From a virus, in IMG/VR virus record IMGVR_UViG_3300042731_004976, positions 103,993 to 167,992 of that record: a DNA stretch of 64,000 nt; one strand, written 5' to 3'. The stretch's first letter is position 1; each line of letters starts with the position of its first letter. This document shows positions 9,722-19,330 of the stretch, in pieces. The notes beneath the pieces were generated by a model, which saw only the letters and a program-made list of their open reading frames with translations, ran no database searches and was not told where the DNA came from. Both the position numbers and the translations under genes were made by a program.

Positions 9722-10233
9722 TGGTTACGGACGGTCGCGAACTGGTCGAGATTCTAGACCGAGCCTTCAAGGGTTCTGTCTCGATTCCTTCTGGGGCGGG
9801 GTTGCCGCCGCGGCACTGGAAGTTGCGTCTCGAAGCGTACATGCACGAGATCGGTCACGGGGCCGTCCTCGGTTGGAAGCGCATTCCTCGGAAGCAAGAG
9901 AACCGCTTCCAGGACTTCGAGATGTTCGGTACGGAGATCGAACAGGCCTTATGGAACCTCACGGTACGTACAGCAAACATGCATGAGGTGAGGACTATTG
10001 CCACGGTGCTCGGGCTCAACCGCAAGTACGGTTGGGGGTTGCCTGAAGCACACTCGGTCTCTGTGGGCTTGGACAGCCTGTACAAGGGAGACGACAAGGG
10101 CTCGGTCAAAAAGCTCACCAGGAGGCAGCTACAGGCTCTCGTGGAGGCGGTGCCTCAACGTTCCGTGGCGAAGTACGTGAAGCGCTCTGAGACGATCATC
10201 TCGAACGTCGTCCAGCGGATGGCGCGTCTTTGA
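9718..10233 (+). CDS. HExxH-containing protein (possible metallopeptidase)
   Basis: AYMHEIGHG and a downstream HE. Confidence 0.45.
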   Translation: MMVTDGRELVEILDRAFKGSVSIPSGAGLPPRHWKLRLEAYMHEIGHGAVLGWKRIPRKQENRFQDFEMFGTEIEQALWNLTVRTANMHEVRTIATVLGLNRKYGWGLPEAHSVSVGLDSLYKGDDKGSVKKLTRRQLQALVEAVPQRSVAKYVKRSETIISNVVQRMARL

Positions 10234-10434
10234 GGTACTTGTAGGCGGCGTGTAGGCGTGCGTCGCTTCGGTACTTGCGGAAGGCTCGAACCGCAGGCCA
10301 CAGCTCATCGGGGATCTCTGCATAGGGGAGCTGCTCGACACGGAGGGACTCGGCCAGCTCGTGTGCGGAGGGAGTTTTCCGCATCTGGGCTGCTCGCCAA
10401 GCTAGGGCTGGGAAAACTTCCGAATAGCGAGGCA

Positions 10435-10860
10435 TCAGAAGTCGTTCGGGCGAAGATCGCTCTCACCCGTCAGGTATTCCAGGAGATCTACTCGTCCGCC
10501 GAACCCTGCGCGGATGGTCTTCCTCTTGAGTGCGTGGTGTGCGAAGTATCGATGCCAGCCGTCGAGGATGACTGGGATTGCGTAGACACGACCGCCTCCG
10601 CAGATGCAGTCGATCGAGATGGGAGCCTCCAGGTCTTCGGGGCTTTGCATGAGGTAGCGGATGCGCGCAGCATGCGTTTCCGCAGTCCACTTCTTGGGAG
10701 CGCTGTGTCCATCCGGAGTGTAGCGGGAAGGTTCCAGGGAGGTGCCTTCTTCCACCATACTCGGGTAAAAGCCAACGCCCCAGATGTCGTCCTCATCACA
10801 AGGACCGGCGCCGAAGCATTCGTCGAGGCGAGCAAGGATGATGTCGTAGACTGGATCTAC
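10435..10860 (-). CDS. ParB/Srx-like domain protein (start uncertain)
   Basis: PI-x-I...ILDGWHRY motif. Confidence 0.55.
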   Translation of the reverse strand, partial: VDPVYDIILARLDECFGAGPCDEDDIWGVGFYPSMVEEGTSLEPSRYTPDGHSAPKKWTAETHAARIRYLMQSPEDLEAPISIDCICGGGRVYAIPVILDGWHRYFAHHALKRKTIRAGFGGRVDLLEYLTGESDLRPNDF

Positions 10861-11123
10861 TTCACGGTCGCTTGCGGTTGGATCCAAAACATCGTCGCTA
10901 CCAGATACGCTCCCTTGAAGGGCGTTGGTTTGACGATCACTAAGCGCAGTCCGTTGTGCTCTCGCCATGTCGAGTCCGTGTCGAACGTATCCTTGCCCTT
11001 CTCCAGGGCTTCCGCAACGTGGAAGTCGGTGATGCTCTGTTCCTCCGCCTTGGCTTGCGCGTGACGGGTGAGTACGATTTTGTGCCTCCCGTAGCCCGGT
11101 ACGTCCTCGTAGAGGTACTTCAC
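10857..11123 (-). CDS. DUF4258-like small protein
   Basis: LTRHAQAKAEEQSIT...EALEKG...VATMF; GTGA overlap with NMNAT stop. Confidence 0.5.
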   Translation of the reverse strand: MKYLYEDVPGYGRHKIVLTRHAQAKAEEQSITDFHVAEALEKGKDTFDTDSTWREHNGLRLVIVKPTPFKGAYLVATMFWIQPQATVK

Positions 11124-12223
11124 GCACGCCCCTCGCGAACGTCCGTGGAGCTGATGTCCCATCGGCCTTTGACGGGGTAGAATAGGAAGTCCGAGTTCAA
11201 GGAGAGCGTCTCGTCGTTCAAGAGGTCTCGCATCGTGGTGTACCCCCGGTCCGGGATCTCTCGTCCTACGACGTAGAACCGTACTCTCTCTTCGACGAAG
11301 GGGGCCAGGTTCTCCTCGGGGGTCTTGTTGTCCCACGTCATGAGACGCAGCAGGGCGTCTGCACCGATGACGATGTGCTTCACGCCGGAGGCGATCTTGT
11401 CCTCATAGAGGGGTTGCCCTCTGGTGAAGATCACACTGTGTCCCTTGAGCATCTTCGCCCGCTGCAACATCTCGGGGACGGTGAGCGCTGGCTTGTGCGG
11501 AGGCTCTGCCTCGATGCTGAATAGCACCGGACGTCTGTGCTCTTCTTCGATCTGCTCGGCGATGCCGAAGTGCCCTTCGTGTGGCGGGTTGAACGCTCCG
11601 GGGAAGTGTGCGTACTCCGAAGCACGCCTGTGGCTCAGGTTGGTGAAGGGACGCAAGAAGAAGACGTCTCGAATGTCGATGGGGTCGCTCAGTTCGTACC
11701 AGTCGAAGATCTCTTGGGTGATGGGCACGAGAGGAAGACCAAGGGCGTTGCGTAGCGCGTTGAGTCCTAGAAGATCGCAGGTCTCTCCCTCGTCCTCACG
11801 TCCTGTGCTCTTGCTTTTGTTCAGCACGGCGTAGAGCAAAGTGCACTTGTCTTCGCTTACCGTTGCGATGTAGACCCGGTGATCCCCCTTGTGCTCCCGG
11901 GTGGTGCCGACGACGGCCGTCATGCCTACACCGATCGTCCTCTTGTTTCCCGGTTTCCACGCACGGCTGTATGCCTCCATGGCGAGCTGGATAGCCGTGG
12001 TCTCGGTGCATGCTCGTTCGGGCTCGAACCCTAGGAAGTCCGCTGTGTCCTCCGCCGCGTAGGGGAATGCTGCGCCCACGAGGAACTTGGAGCACCCGGG
12101 GACGTCCCACAGCAGCTTCTGGAGGCCTGCCCCGGCCCCCGTACAGACCACGTAGACCTGCGGGGGCTCGGGGAGGTCACGGATCTCCGTGACTGCGTCG
12201 ATGGTGTTCACTGGACCGCTCAC
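11120..12223 (-). CDS. CinA/PncC-like domain fused to HxGH nucleotidyltransferase (NMN/NaMN adenylyltransferase)
   Basis: VCTGAGAG...VPGCSKF N-domain; FPGAFNPPHEGH, IGAD, DISSTDVR; directly downstream of nadV. Confidence 0.8.
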   Translation of the reverse strand: MSGPVNTIDAVTEIRDLPEPPQVYVVCTGAGAGLQKLLWDVPGCSKFLVGAAFPYAAEDTADFLGFEPERACTETTAIQLAMEAYSRAWKPGNKRTIGVGMTAVVGTTREHKGDHRVYIATVSEDKCTLLYAVLNKSKSTGREDEGETCDLLGLNALRNALGLPLVPITQEIFDWYELSDPIDIRDVFFLRPFTNLSHRRASEYAHFPGAFNPPHEGHFGIAEQIEEEHRRPVLFSIEAEPPHKPALTVPEMLQRAKMLKGHSVIFTRGQPLYEDKIASGVKHIVIGADALLRLMTWDNKTPEENLAPFVEERVRFYVVGREIPDRGYTTMRDLLNDETLSLNSDFLFYPVKGRWDISSTDVREGRA

Positions 12224-13593
12224 GCGGTCTCCTTTGCCCTCTTGCGGACGTCGTCGAAGGTGAGGGTTCGGAGGATCTTGCCGTTCTCGTAGACGACCTC
12301 CAGTAGATCCCCGTGCTTGACCTCGGGAACGGTGCGGAGCTGCCCGCCCTCGCGAACGAGAGACATGCGACCCTTCTTGCTGACCTTGCCGTGGTCAGTA
12401 GCAGGATCCTTGAAGACCTCCACATCCTTGCCGGCAACGCGCGCCCAGGAGCACTTGAATGCGAACTTCTGGGTGTCCCGATCCATTTTCTGGAGCAGAG
12501 CCCCGCCGCATCCGAAGGCGATGTTCGAGGCCGAGTAGCCGTTGCTGAGCACGACTCGAAGGATCTCCTGGATCGAGTCCTCGTTCACGCCGTCGCCTTG
12601 GATGAGCCGGAACTCGGGAGGGAGCACCTTGTAGCCTTTGGTGTTCTTGGTCATGCCCACCTTGCGCTCCAAGATCTGAAGGCACTTGAGCACGACGTCC
12701 GGCGGGTTGCCCGAGTCCGGACGGATGATGAGCGTACCGCCCGACTCCTTGACCAGCTCACGCAGCTCTTCGCCCCAGAGATTTTCCACAGCGCTGAAGA
12801 TGTCCCACGAGTCGGACACGCAGGCGTACAGCTTACCCTCGCCTGCGTACTGCTTGACCATGTTCCGGTAGGCGTCGGCCTCGTGAGCCTTGCCCCACAT
12901 GGTCATCGTGGAGTGCTCGGCCGCGGGAATCGAGAAGCCTGCCATCTCACAGTCGTAGAAGTGGTTGGCGTAGCGCACTCCTTCGACCGTGTCCGATCCC
13001 ATGAAGTTCACGAGGTGGGCCATGCCTCCGATACCCGCAGCTTCCCGGGACGTCACGCCACGACCACCGAAGTCGTGCAGCTTGAAGTCGATCTCCGCGG
13101 CGGGATCGTCTGCGGACTCCACGAGAGCCTCCCAGATGATCCTTCGGATGTTGTGACTCTGCGTCGCAACCGTGATCGGGTACCAGAGGCGCACCATTTG
13201 GGTTTCGAGCCAGGACACGACCCAGAACAGCTCTGGGTCCGTGCTCTCGACGCTGAGCAGGATGTTCCGCGTGGGCACCACCAGCCCCTCGGGAACGGCG
13301 CGGATGCGTACGGGCAAGTAGCCGTTGTGCTTGGTGACGACTTTCATCCAACCCTCGCGATTGAAAGGCTCCCCGTGAGCCGCGAAGAACTCGGCCGCCT
13401 CGTTCACGTCCGCTGCGGTGATCGGCTTCGAGAGGTACTCGCGCATGAACCACTGGAGGCCGAAGAAGACGGTCTGCCCGTAGCGCCCGCCACGCGACTC
13501 GAAGTACGAGTACATCGCTTCGGTCTCCGGAGGGTACTGAAGCCAGTGGCTGGCCTTGTAGCTGTCGGTGTCGAGAATGAGGTTGAAGTCCAT
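12220..13593 (-). CDS. nadV: nicotinamide phosphoribosyltransferase
   Basis: LDTDSYKASH, LHDFGGRG, GSDT, SIPAAEHS, IRPDSG, IQGDG, FGCGGALLQ, DTQKFAFK. Confidence 0.95.
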   Translation of the reverse strand: MDFNLILDTDSYKASHWLQYPPETEAMYSYFESRGGRYGQTVFFGLQWFMREYLSKPITAADVNEAAEFFAAHGEPFNREGWMKVVTKHNGYLPVRIRAVPEGLVVPTRNILLSVESTDPELFWVVSWLETQMVRLWYPITVATQSHNIRRIIWEALVESADDPAAEIDFKLHDFGGRGVTSREAAGIGGMAHLVNFMGSDTVEGVRYANHFYDCEMAGFSIPAAEHSTMTMWGKAHEADAYRNMVKQYAGEGKLYACVSDSWDIFSAVENLWGEELRELVKESGGTLIIRPDSGNPPDVVLKCLQILERKVGMTKNTKGYKVLPPEFRLIQGDGVNEDSIQEILRVVLSNGYSASNIAFGCGGALLQKMDRDTQKFAFKCSWARVAGKDVEVFKDPATDHGKVSKKGRMSLVREGGQLRTVPEVKHGDLLEVVYENGKILRTLTFDDVRKRAKETA

Positions 13594-13606
13594 GATTCGG
13601 TTCCTT

Positions 13607-14311
13607 TCAGATCTCGAAGACGAGCCCGTTCTTCACGGCCTTGTCGTAGGCCCGCTTGTCGAAGCGGTAGAGTTGAGCGGGACGGTGACTCGTCCCCTGT
13701 TGCATCCCGTTCTCCACGAGGATGTTCATGGCGAGGATCTTCTTGCGGAAGTTCCGCTTGTCGATCTCACGCCCCAGGATCGTTTCGTACAGCTTGCGGA
13801 GCTGCCCGAGCGAGAATTCCTTCGGCAGGAGGTTGAAGCCGATCGGTTCGTACGTCAGCTTCCCCCTCAAGCGCTGTACGGCCGTGCTGAGGATCTTGTT
13901 GTGGTCGAAGGCCAGCTCGGCTTTCATCGCTTCGTCGAGGGGCATCCACTTTGCTTCGGCGGCGTCGCTGGCTCCTTCCACGAGCATGGAACGCACCAGC
14001 CCGAAGTGGGCCACGGTGATGACACGCCCCCGAGGATCTCGGTCCTTGTCGCTGAACGTGTAGAGCTGCTCCAAGTAGTCGACCGTGGCGCCGGTCTCCT
14101 CCTCCAGCTCACGACGTGCTGCGGCTTCGATGTCCGGGTCTTCGTCGATGTCTAGGAATCCGCCAGGTAGTGCCCACTGACCCTTGAAGGGCTCGCCGCC
14201 CCTCTGGATCAACAGCACGTTCAGCGAGGGCTCTAAGTAGGACTGGTGGAGACCGAAGAGCACGATATCGGCTGTTACGCTCGGTCGCGGGTACTTGTAG
14301 GTGTGAGCCAT
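13607..14311 (-). CDS. nrtR: NrtR-family Nudix/winged-helix transcriptional regulator
   Basis: WALPGGF, AARRELEEETG, EQLYTF..RDPRGR, LAFDH, C-terminal DKRNFRKK...RPAQLY. Confidence 0.9.
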   Translation of the reverse strand: MAHTYKYPRPSVTADIVLFGLHQSYLEPSLNVLLIQRGGEPFKGQWALPGGFLDIDEDPDIEAAARRELEEETGATVDYLEQLYTFSDKDRDPRGRVITVAHFGLVRSMLVEGASDAAEAKWMPLDEAMKAELAFDHNKILSTAVQRLRGKLTYEPIGFNLLPKEFSLGQLRKLYETILGREIDKRNFRKKILAMNILVENGMQQGTSHRPAQLYRFDKRAYDKAVKNGLVFEI

Positions 14312-14375
14312 GGGGTAATAATCACACTAACTTAGTGTTCTGTCAACACAAAAGTTCGTGTGCTCCTAACCCTAA
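14310..14375. promoter_or_regulatory. three tandem NrtR-type operators overlapping the nrtR promoter
   Basis: 21-bp GT-N7-AC boxes at 14310-14330, 14332-14352, 14355-14375; minus-strand TTGACA(14346-14341)-N17-GATTAT-N6-ATG. Confidence 0.7.
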
Positions 14376-14477
14376 GTAATCATGGGTCTCTTTCGCCTCT
14401 TCCCCCAGGCAGGTCCTTCCGATACGCTCGCTGCTTCCAGGGCCCGAGAGGGCCCCCTAGAGACGAAGGAGCTGAGA

Positions 14478-15527
14478 ATGGAACAACGGACGCTGCGCCC
14501 CACGGTCCCGGCCGCGGAGGCGATTTTGGGCAAGTACTTCCCCGTGCTCGACAACGGGTTCATCGCCCTGAAGGACTACATGGGGTGCGATGAGGGGATC
14601 GAGGAGGCGGCTCGCCTCTCGTACCAAGGAGGCACGAGACAGACGAGCGAGACACGGGGGCTGGTTCGATACCTACGCCGCTTGAGGCATACGAGTCCGA
14701 GCGAGATGGCGGAGCTGAAGTTCCACGTATCTATGCCGATCTTCGTGGCGCGCCAGTGGGTCAGGCATCGTACGGCCTCCCTCAATGAAGTCAGCGCGAG
14801 GTACTCGCTGCTTCCCATGATCTTCTACACGCCGAAGAAGGAAAACTTCCTGCCGCAAGCGAAGAACAACAAGCAGGGTCGAGAGGACGGCGCCTCGTTC
14901 GAAGACGAGGGGTTGTACGAGCGTACGGTCATCGAGTGGAACAACGAGAGGAAGCGTTCGAGCGGTCTCTACGAGAACCTTGCTGCGGACGGGGTTGCGC
15001 GTGAGCTGGCTCGCATCGACTTGCCCTTGTCGACGTACACCCAGTGGTACTGGAAGGTCGACCTGCACAACCTGCTGCACTTCCTAACGTTGCGAGCCGA
15101 CGAGCACGCTCAGTGGGAGATCCGTCAATACGCCAACGTCATCGTGGGCATGGTGAAGCGCCTCGCTCCCCTGACGTACCAGGCGTGGATCGACTACGAG
15201 CACATGAGCGCTCGTTTCTCCCGCATGGAGATGGAGGTGCTTCAGGAGCTGGTGTCAGTTCTCACACAGGAAGAGGATGGGCAAGCGGGTGTGGACACGG
15301 CTGCGGGGTCCCCAACGTCGGGGAACTTCATCTCGCACGAAGAACTCGTGAAGCGCATCGGTTCGAAGCGTGAAGTTCAGGAGTTTTACGCGAAGCTGAC
15401 GAAGCGCTACGTGCGTCCCGGCTTCGACATTTCGGAAGCGGATGCCAAGCCTCCGGAGTGGTTCGAGGAACGCATGGCCAACGCGACTCCGAAGATCGAT
15501 GCAGCTCCCAAGGGTGTTGCTACGTGA
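14478..15527 (+). CDS. thyX: FAD-dependent thymidylate synthase
   Basis: AARLSY, HTSPSE, PIFVARQWVRHRTASLNEVSARY, RELAR..LP, HAQWEIR; SD AAGGAG before 14478 (14382 is an alternative start). Confidence 0.95.
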   Translation: MEQRTLRPTVPAAEAILGKYFPVLDNGFIALKDYMGCDEGIEEAARLSYQGGTRQTSETRGLVRYLRRLRHTSPSEMAELKFHVSMPIFVARQWVRHRTASLNEVSARYSLLPMIFYTPKKENFLPQAKNNKQGREDGASFEDEGLYERTVIEWNNERKRSSGLYENLAADGVARELARIDLPLSTYTQWYWKVDLHNLLHFLTLRADEHAQWEIRQYANVIVGMVKRLAPLTYQAWIDYEHMSARFSRMEMEVLQELVSVLTQEEDGQAGVDTAAGSPTSGNFISHEELVKRIGSKREVQEFYAKLTKRYVRPGFDISEADAKPPEWFEERMANATPKIDAAPKGVAT

Positions 15528-16036
15528 ACCCGGTTCCTACGGTGGACCTCGATATTGAGATCGTGCACATCGATGCACGCTCTCGTCAGATCACGTCGGT
15601 TCTGGCAGTCCCGCTCTACAGGAACCTTCGAGCTTTTGTGGAGCGGCAGGGCTGGCGTTTGGCGAAAGAGCAGTGGGAGGCGTACCGAGTGCTCACGGAG
15701 CACTTCTGCCTGGAACTGAATCGTACGGACGAGGGGTTCTTGTTTACAGGCGCTCCTTCTTTCACGGTGCCCGAGTTGGGGGAGGCGTTCTTCAACTACC
15801 ATACGGACAAAGCGTTCTTGGAGAGTTTCGACCCCGTGTACCTCGCTGGTGTAGGTAAGGGTATCGCGAGAGAGGTTCAGAGGGAGATCGAGCGCGTGCA
15901 GCGCACGCTCAGTCCTATCAAGGAGTACCGCCTCTTCCTGCCCCCGTTCCAGCCTCCTCTCTTGGCAGGGGACTCGTTGGACGGGCTCTGGTTGGGGAGG
16001 GAGCTGATACTCCAGCGAAGCCGCGAGTCCTCGTGA
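15524..16036 (+). CDS. truncated gp23-like capsid paralogue
   Basis: IDARSRQI vs gp23 IEAKSRQL; GIAREVQREI vs TEIMLEINREV. Confidence 0.5.
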   Translation: MNPVPTVDLDIEIVHIDARSRQITSVLAVPLYRNLRAFVERQGWRLAKEQWEAYRVLTEHFCLELNRTDEGFLFTGAPSFTVPELGEAFFNYHTDKAFLESFDPVYLAGVGKGIAREVQREIERVQRTLSPIKEYRLFLPPFQPPLLAGDSLDGLWLGRELILQRSRESS

Positions 16037-16040
16037 TTCC

Positions 16041-16069
16041 TTGACAATCGCAGCCCTACCTAATAGGGT
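16041..16069 (+). promoter_or_regulatory. sigma70-type promoter, leaderless
   Basis: TTGACA-N17-TAGGGT-N6-ATG(16076). Confidence 0.75.
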
Positions 16070-16075
16070 TGCCGG

Positions 16076-16381
16076 ATGGCTAAGCTGTCCGCAGAGGTTC
16101 TGGAAGAGGGTCGTGCCCTGATTCGGCAGAAGAACTTGGATGGGTTCTTGGCTTGGGTCGATCGTCAAAGGGTGGCTATCGACATGGAGGTCGTACGAGA
16201 TGCGTACGAGAAGTGCTTCGAGTACGACGACGTGGATAAGGCGCTGCGCCTGTTCGAAGCCATCTTCCCGAAGGCGGATCCTGCCGCAGATCTGCTCTTA
16301 GGCTTTTCCCGTTTGGCTCTTCGGATTCTCCTGGTCTTGGGAGTAATCGGGGGTCTCATCTATTTGATCCGGAATCTCTGA
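16076..16381 (+). CDS. membrane-anchored protein
   Basis: C-terminal hydrophobic helix. Confidence 0.6.
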   Translation: MAKLSAEVLEEGRALIRQKNLDGFLAWVDRQRVAIDMEVVRDAYEKCFEYDDVDKALRLFEAIFPKADPAADLLLGFSRLALRILLVLGVIGGLIYLIRNL

Positions 16382-16510
16382 TGTCTCGTAACCTGGGTCG
16401 CCGAGACTGCTACTTCTGCGGCGGGGAAGTGATCCTCGTCGAGACTTGGCGTACGCTCGGTGAGCGGGAAGCGAACGAGCGTTACGGACACCTGCTGGAG
16501 GCTGCCGCCG

Positions 16511-17248
16511 ATGCCTCTTAGTCGCGTCACTCTTACCGGGGTCGACGAGAAGACGAGCCCCGAGGAGCTGCTCAAGCTTTCTGCGCGCTACCCGTTCGCT
16601 GAGTGGGGCGTGCTGTTCTCCCCGAAGAGACAGGGAGAGGAGCCGCGCTACCCACCGAAGTGGTGGCTGGAGCAGCTCTACGAAGTGGTCGTGCTCAAGG
16701 GAGTCAAGGGCTACTCGTTCGCCGCGCATCTGTGTGGAAAGCACACGCGCGACGTCGTGCAGTACGGCAACCTGAATTGGGTCCACCCGATCTTCGAGCG
16801 TGTTCAGCTCAATGGCGTGAGTGCTTACTCCACCTTGATGGAGAACATGAGGTGGCCCGCAAGCGGCTTGGAGGTCATTCTCCAGATCGGGAAAAAGGCT
16901 AGCTTGGAAGAGGTAGCCAAGTTCTATCGGATGCTGCCCTTTATGGACCTGGCAGGCTTGTGGGATCCTTCGGGAGGTAAGGGCATCCGCACCAAGAAGT
17001 TCCCCGACGCCCCTACGCTTCCGCGAGGACCGAACGAAACGGTTACGCTGCGCATCGGTTATGCGGGAGGGATCTCTCCGGAGAACATCGAAGAGGTGTT
17101 GGGCGCGCTCAAGGATAAGCAGCACGTCTACTGGATCGACATGGAAACGGGTGTACGTACCGACGACTGGTTCGACGTGGAGAAAGTGGAGGAGGTCTTG
17201 CAGAAGGCCGAGCCCTTCGTCGACTCCCGATTCCGGAGGAGCGCGTGA
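16511..17248 (+). CDS. TrpF-like TIM-barrel phage protein
   Basis: TLTGVDE, EWGVL, DPSGGKG, GYAGGISPEN, WIDMETGVR. Confidence 0.7.
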   Translation: MPLSRVTLTGVDEKTSPEELLKLSARYPFAEWGVLFSPKRQGEEPRYPPKWWLEQLYEVVVLKGVKGYSFAAHLCGKHTRDVVQYGNLNWVHPIFERVQLNGVSAYSTLMENMRWPASGLEVILQIGKKASLEEVAKFYRMLPFMDLAGLWDPSGGKGIRTKKFPDAPTLPRGPNETVTLRIGYAGGISPENIEEVLGALKDKQHVYWIDMETGVRTDDWFDVEKVEEVLQKAEPFVDSRFRRSA

Positions 17249-17507
17249 CCATCATCAATCTCGACTACGGCGGTTGGTCCCGAGAGGATTGGGAGCGCTC
17301 CCTCCCCAAGCTGACTCCAGGCAAAGTCTGCGTTGTTCCGATGCGGCACCCCGACAACGACGATACGTGGGGTGTGGGTATCTACGACCCGTACAAGATC
17401 GAAGGTACCCGTGGAAAGGGACATCGCCTTCGAGGCATGCTCAAGGGGGTCAAGGTTACGACCTTCGGGGAAGCCGAAGCCGCAGTAGCTGCGTTGCGAG
17501 GAGAAGC

Positions 17508-18119
17508 ATGAGCGTCACAGGAGACATGCTGGCTACGGCGGATGCGGAAGCCTCGTACTACAAGGCGGTCGCTATTGATCTTCAGCGTCGCTTGACGGTT
17601 CTTCTAGCTGTTACCCGAGATGCGAGACAAGCCGCGGATCTTCCCTTGGACCTGGGTCCTCGGTTGCAGGACGCTATTCAGAAGGCCGAAGAGAGCTACA
17701 CGGAGCCCGACGGCCCGGCGCGCTCGTACTTGAGAGGCACGCGCTTCACCGTCGAGCAGCTCATAGCCGAGATGGACTTGGGAGGGTCTCTCGGTCTGGG
17801 TCAGTCCTTCGTCGAAGTGTGCAACGAGTTCGACCTGGACGCACAGGTCGCTGCCGGAGCCCTCGTGGAGCACTACGCTTCAATGGAGGAGTTGAAGGCT
17901 GCGCGTCAGAAGCGGCTTGCGCTCCTGAACGATAGGATCGACGAGGAGTATGCCAAAGAGCCCAGGGACGAGGCCAAGATCGATTCACTACGGCGCGAAG
18001 CAGCCGACCTCATTCGAGTGCTTTCGGAGGACGAGTTGGCTCCTATGAAGGAGCGCTTTGCTCGTCTCAAGCAGATCCTCGATGAGGGGCTTCCCAAGGA
18101 GCACCTCGCTGGAGACTAG
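17508..18119 (+). CDS. hypothetical protein with DUF433-like segment
   Basis: LRGTRFTVEQLI...EFDL. Confidence 0.45.
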   Translation: MSVTGDMLATADAEASYYKAVAIDLQRRLTVLLAVTRDARQAADLPLDLGPRLQDAIQKAEESYTEPDGPARSYLRGTRFTVEQLIAEMDLGGSLGLGQSFVEVCNEFDLDAQVAAGALVEHYASMEELKAARQKRLALLNDRIDEEYAKEPRDEAKIDSLRREAADLIRVLSEDELAPMKERFARLKQILDEGLPKEHLAGD

Positions 18120-18505
18120 TGATGGAGATCTGCAAGAAGTGCGGCAAGCGTCCGGTAGGTTTAGGTTTGGCTTCCCTCGCGAAGCGCTGTGCCGAGTGCT
18201 ATGCGGGAGCGAAGGAGGGCCTCGTCATGGTTTGCTTCGAGGGCGACGTGTCCGTACTCGATCAGATTCGTTCGAGCGGGCGGCGAGGTATCCTTCGATG
18301 ACGACCGCGGAGATACGAGGGTTCTTCGATAGGATTCGGAAGAAGTGGCCTCCCGAAGAATTCGATCTGACAATCATCGGTCCTCGTACCGATGGTGGCT
18401 ACGTCGTCACTATCCGGCGTACGCGCAGTTTCGCAGATATACATCGATTGGAGGCTTCTAGCTATCGGGGCGTCTTGCTGAAAGCGCTGGGTGCTTCTGG
18501 AGGGT

Positions 18506-19330
18506 ATGATCGTGCCTAAGCGGGTCGTTGTAGTCGTCAAACGCAGCTCGTGGTCTCAGCGTGTGTCCTCCGGGGAACCACTTCCGGCCGGTTGGAAGCG
18601 TAAGGCGTTAGCAAGCCACAAGCAGCAGCAGAGGATCAGAGATCGAGTCCTTGACCTGATCCGTGGCTTTGGTGTGAAGCCTTGGATCGTTGAAGGCGCA
18701 GAGACTGCTTTCAACGCGCGAGGTGCGGACCTTGTGGTGTCTGTTGGAGGTGACGGTACTTTGCTTTCAGCGAGCCACTACGTTGGCAAGGAACCATTGC
18801 TCGGCATCAACAACGACCCGGGACGGAGCGAGGGACACTTCTGTGTCGATACCAGCGATGACCTCAGCCGCACGTTGGAGCAGGCGTTGAAAGATCCTTG
18901 CACGCACAGTGTGACTCGCATGCGTGTCTCCGTAGGAAGACGGGTGGTGGCAGATCGAGTTCTCAATGAAGCTCTCTTCAGCCACACGTGTCCCGCAGCC
19001 ATGACGCGCTTCCAACTCGGGAGCTACAAGTACGCTTGTTCTGGGGTGTGGGTAGGAACGGGTGCCGGCTCTACGGGTGCGCTGGCCTCTGCCGGGGGCG
19101 AGGCGATGCCGTTGTCTGCACACAAGCTGCAAGCCGTCATTCGAGAACCCTTCAAGGAATACGATGGCAACGTCATCCGCTACCAGAGTCGATCGATTCG
19201 TCTCACGAGCCTTACTGACGATGCGACACTCTACCTGGACGGACCGTTCCTCCGCGTACCTGTGGGTCTGGAAGACGTCGTCGTGTTCGATCGATCTCCG
19301 TCTCCTCTGAACCTGGTGATGAACCCATGA
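18506..19330 (+). CDS. nadK: NAD kinase
   Basis: VSVGGDGTLL, LLGIN, VLNEA, GTGAGSTG..SAGG. Confidence 0.85.
   Translation: MIVPKRVVVVVKRSSWSQRVSSGEPLPAGWKRKALASHKQQQRIRDRVLDLIRGFGVKPWIVEGAETAFNARGADLVVSVGGDGTLLSASHYVGKEPLLGINNDPGRSEGHFCVDTSDDLSRTLEQALKDPCTHSVTRMRVSVGRRVVADRVLNEALFSHTCPAAMTRFQLGSYKYACSGVWVGTGAGSTGALASAGGEAMPLSAHKLQAVIREPFKEYDGNVIRYQSRSIRLTSLTDDATLYLDGPFLRVPVGLEDVVVFDRSPSPLNLVMNP

Noticed and set aside
12313-13836. 507-aa plus-strand ORF and similar long antisense ORFs (e.g. 6919..7989, 8185..8997, 40763..41584, 60134..61093)
   Set aside because: Shadow frames of well-supported genes on the opposite strand in GC-rich DNA; no recognisable motifs
16511-17248. Assignment as a true trpF of tryptophan biosynthesis
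   Set aside because: Only the C-terminal phosphate-binding motifs match and no other trp genes are present; function left open
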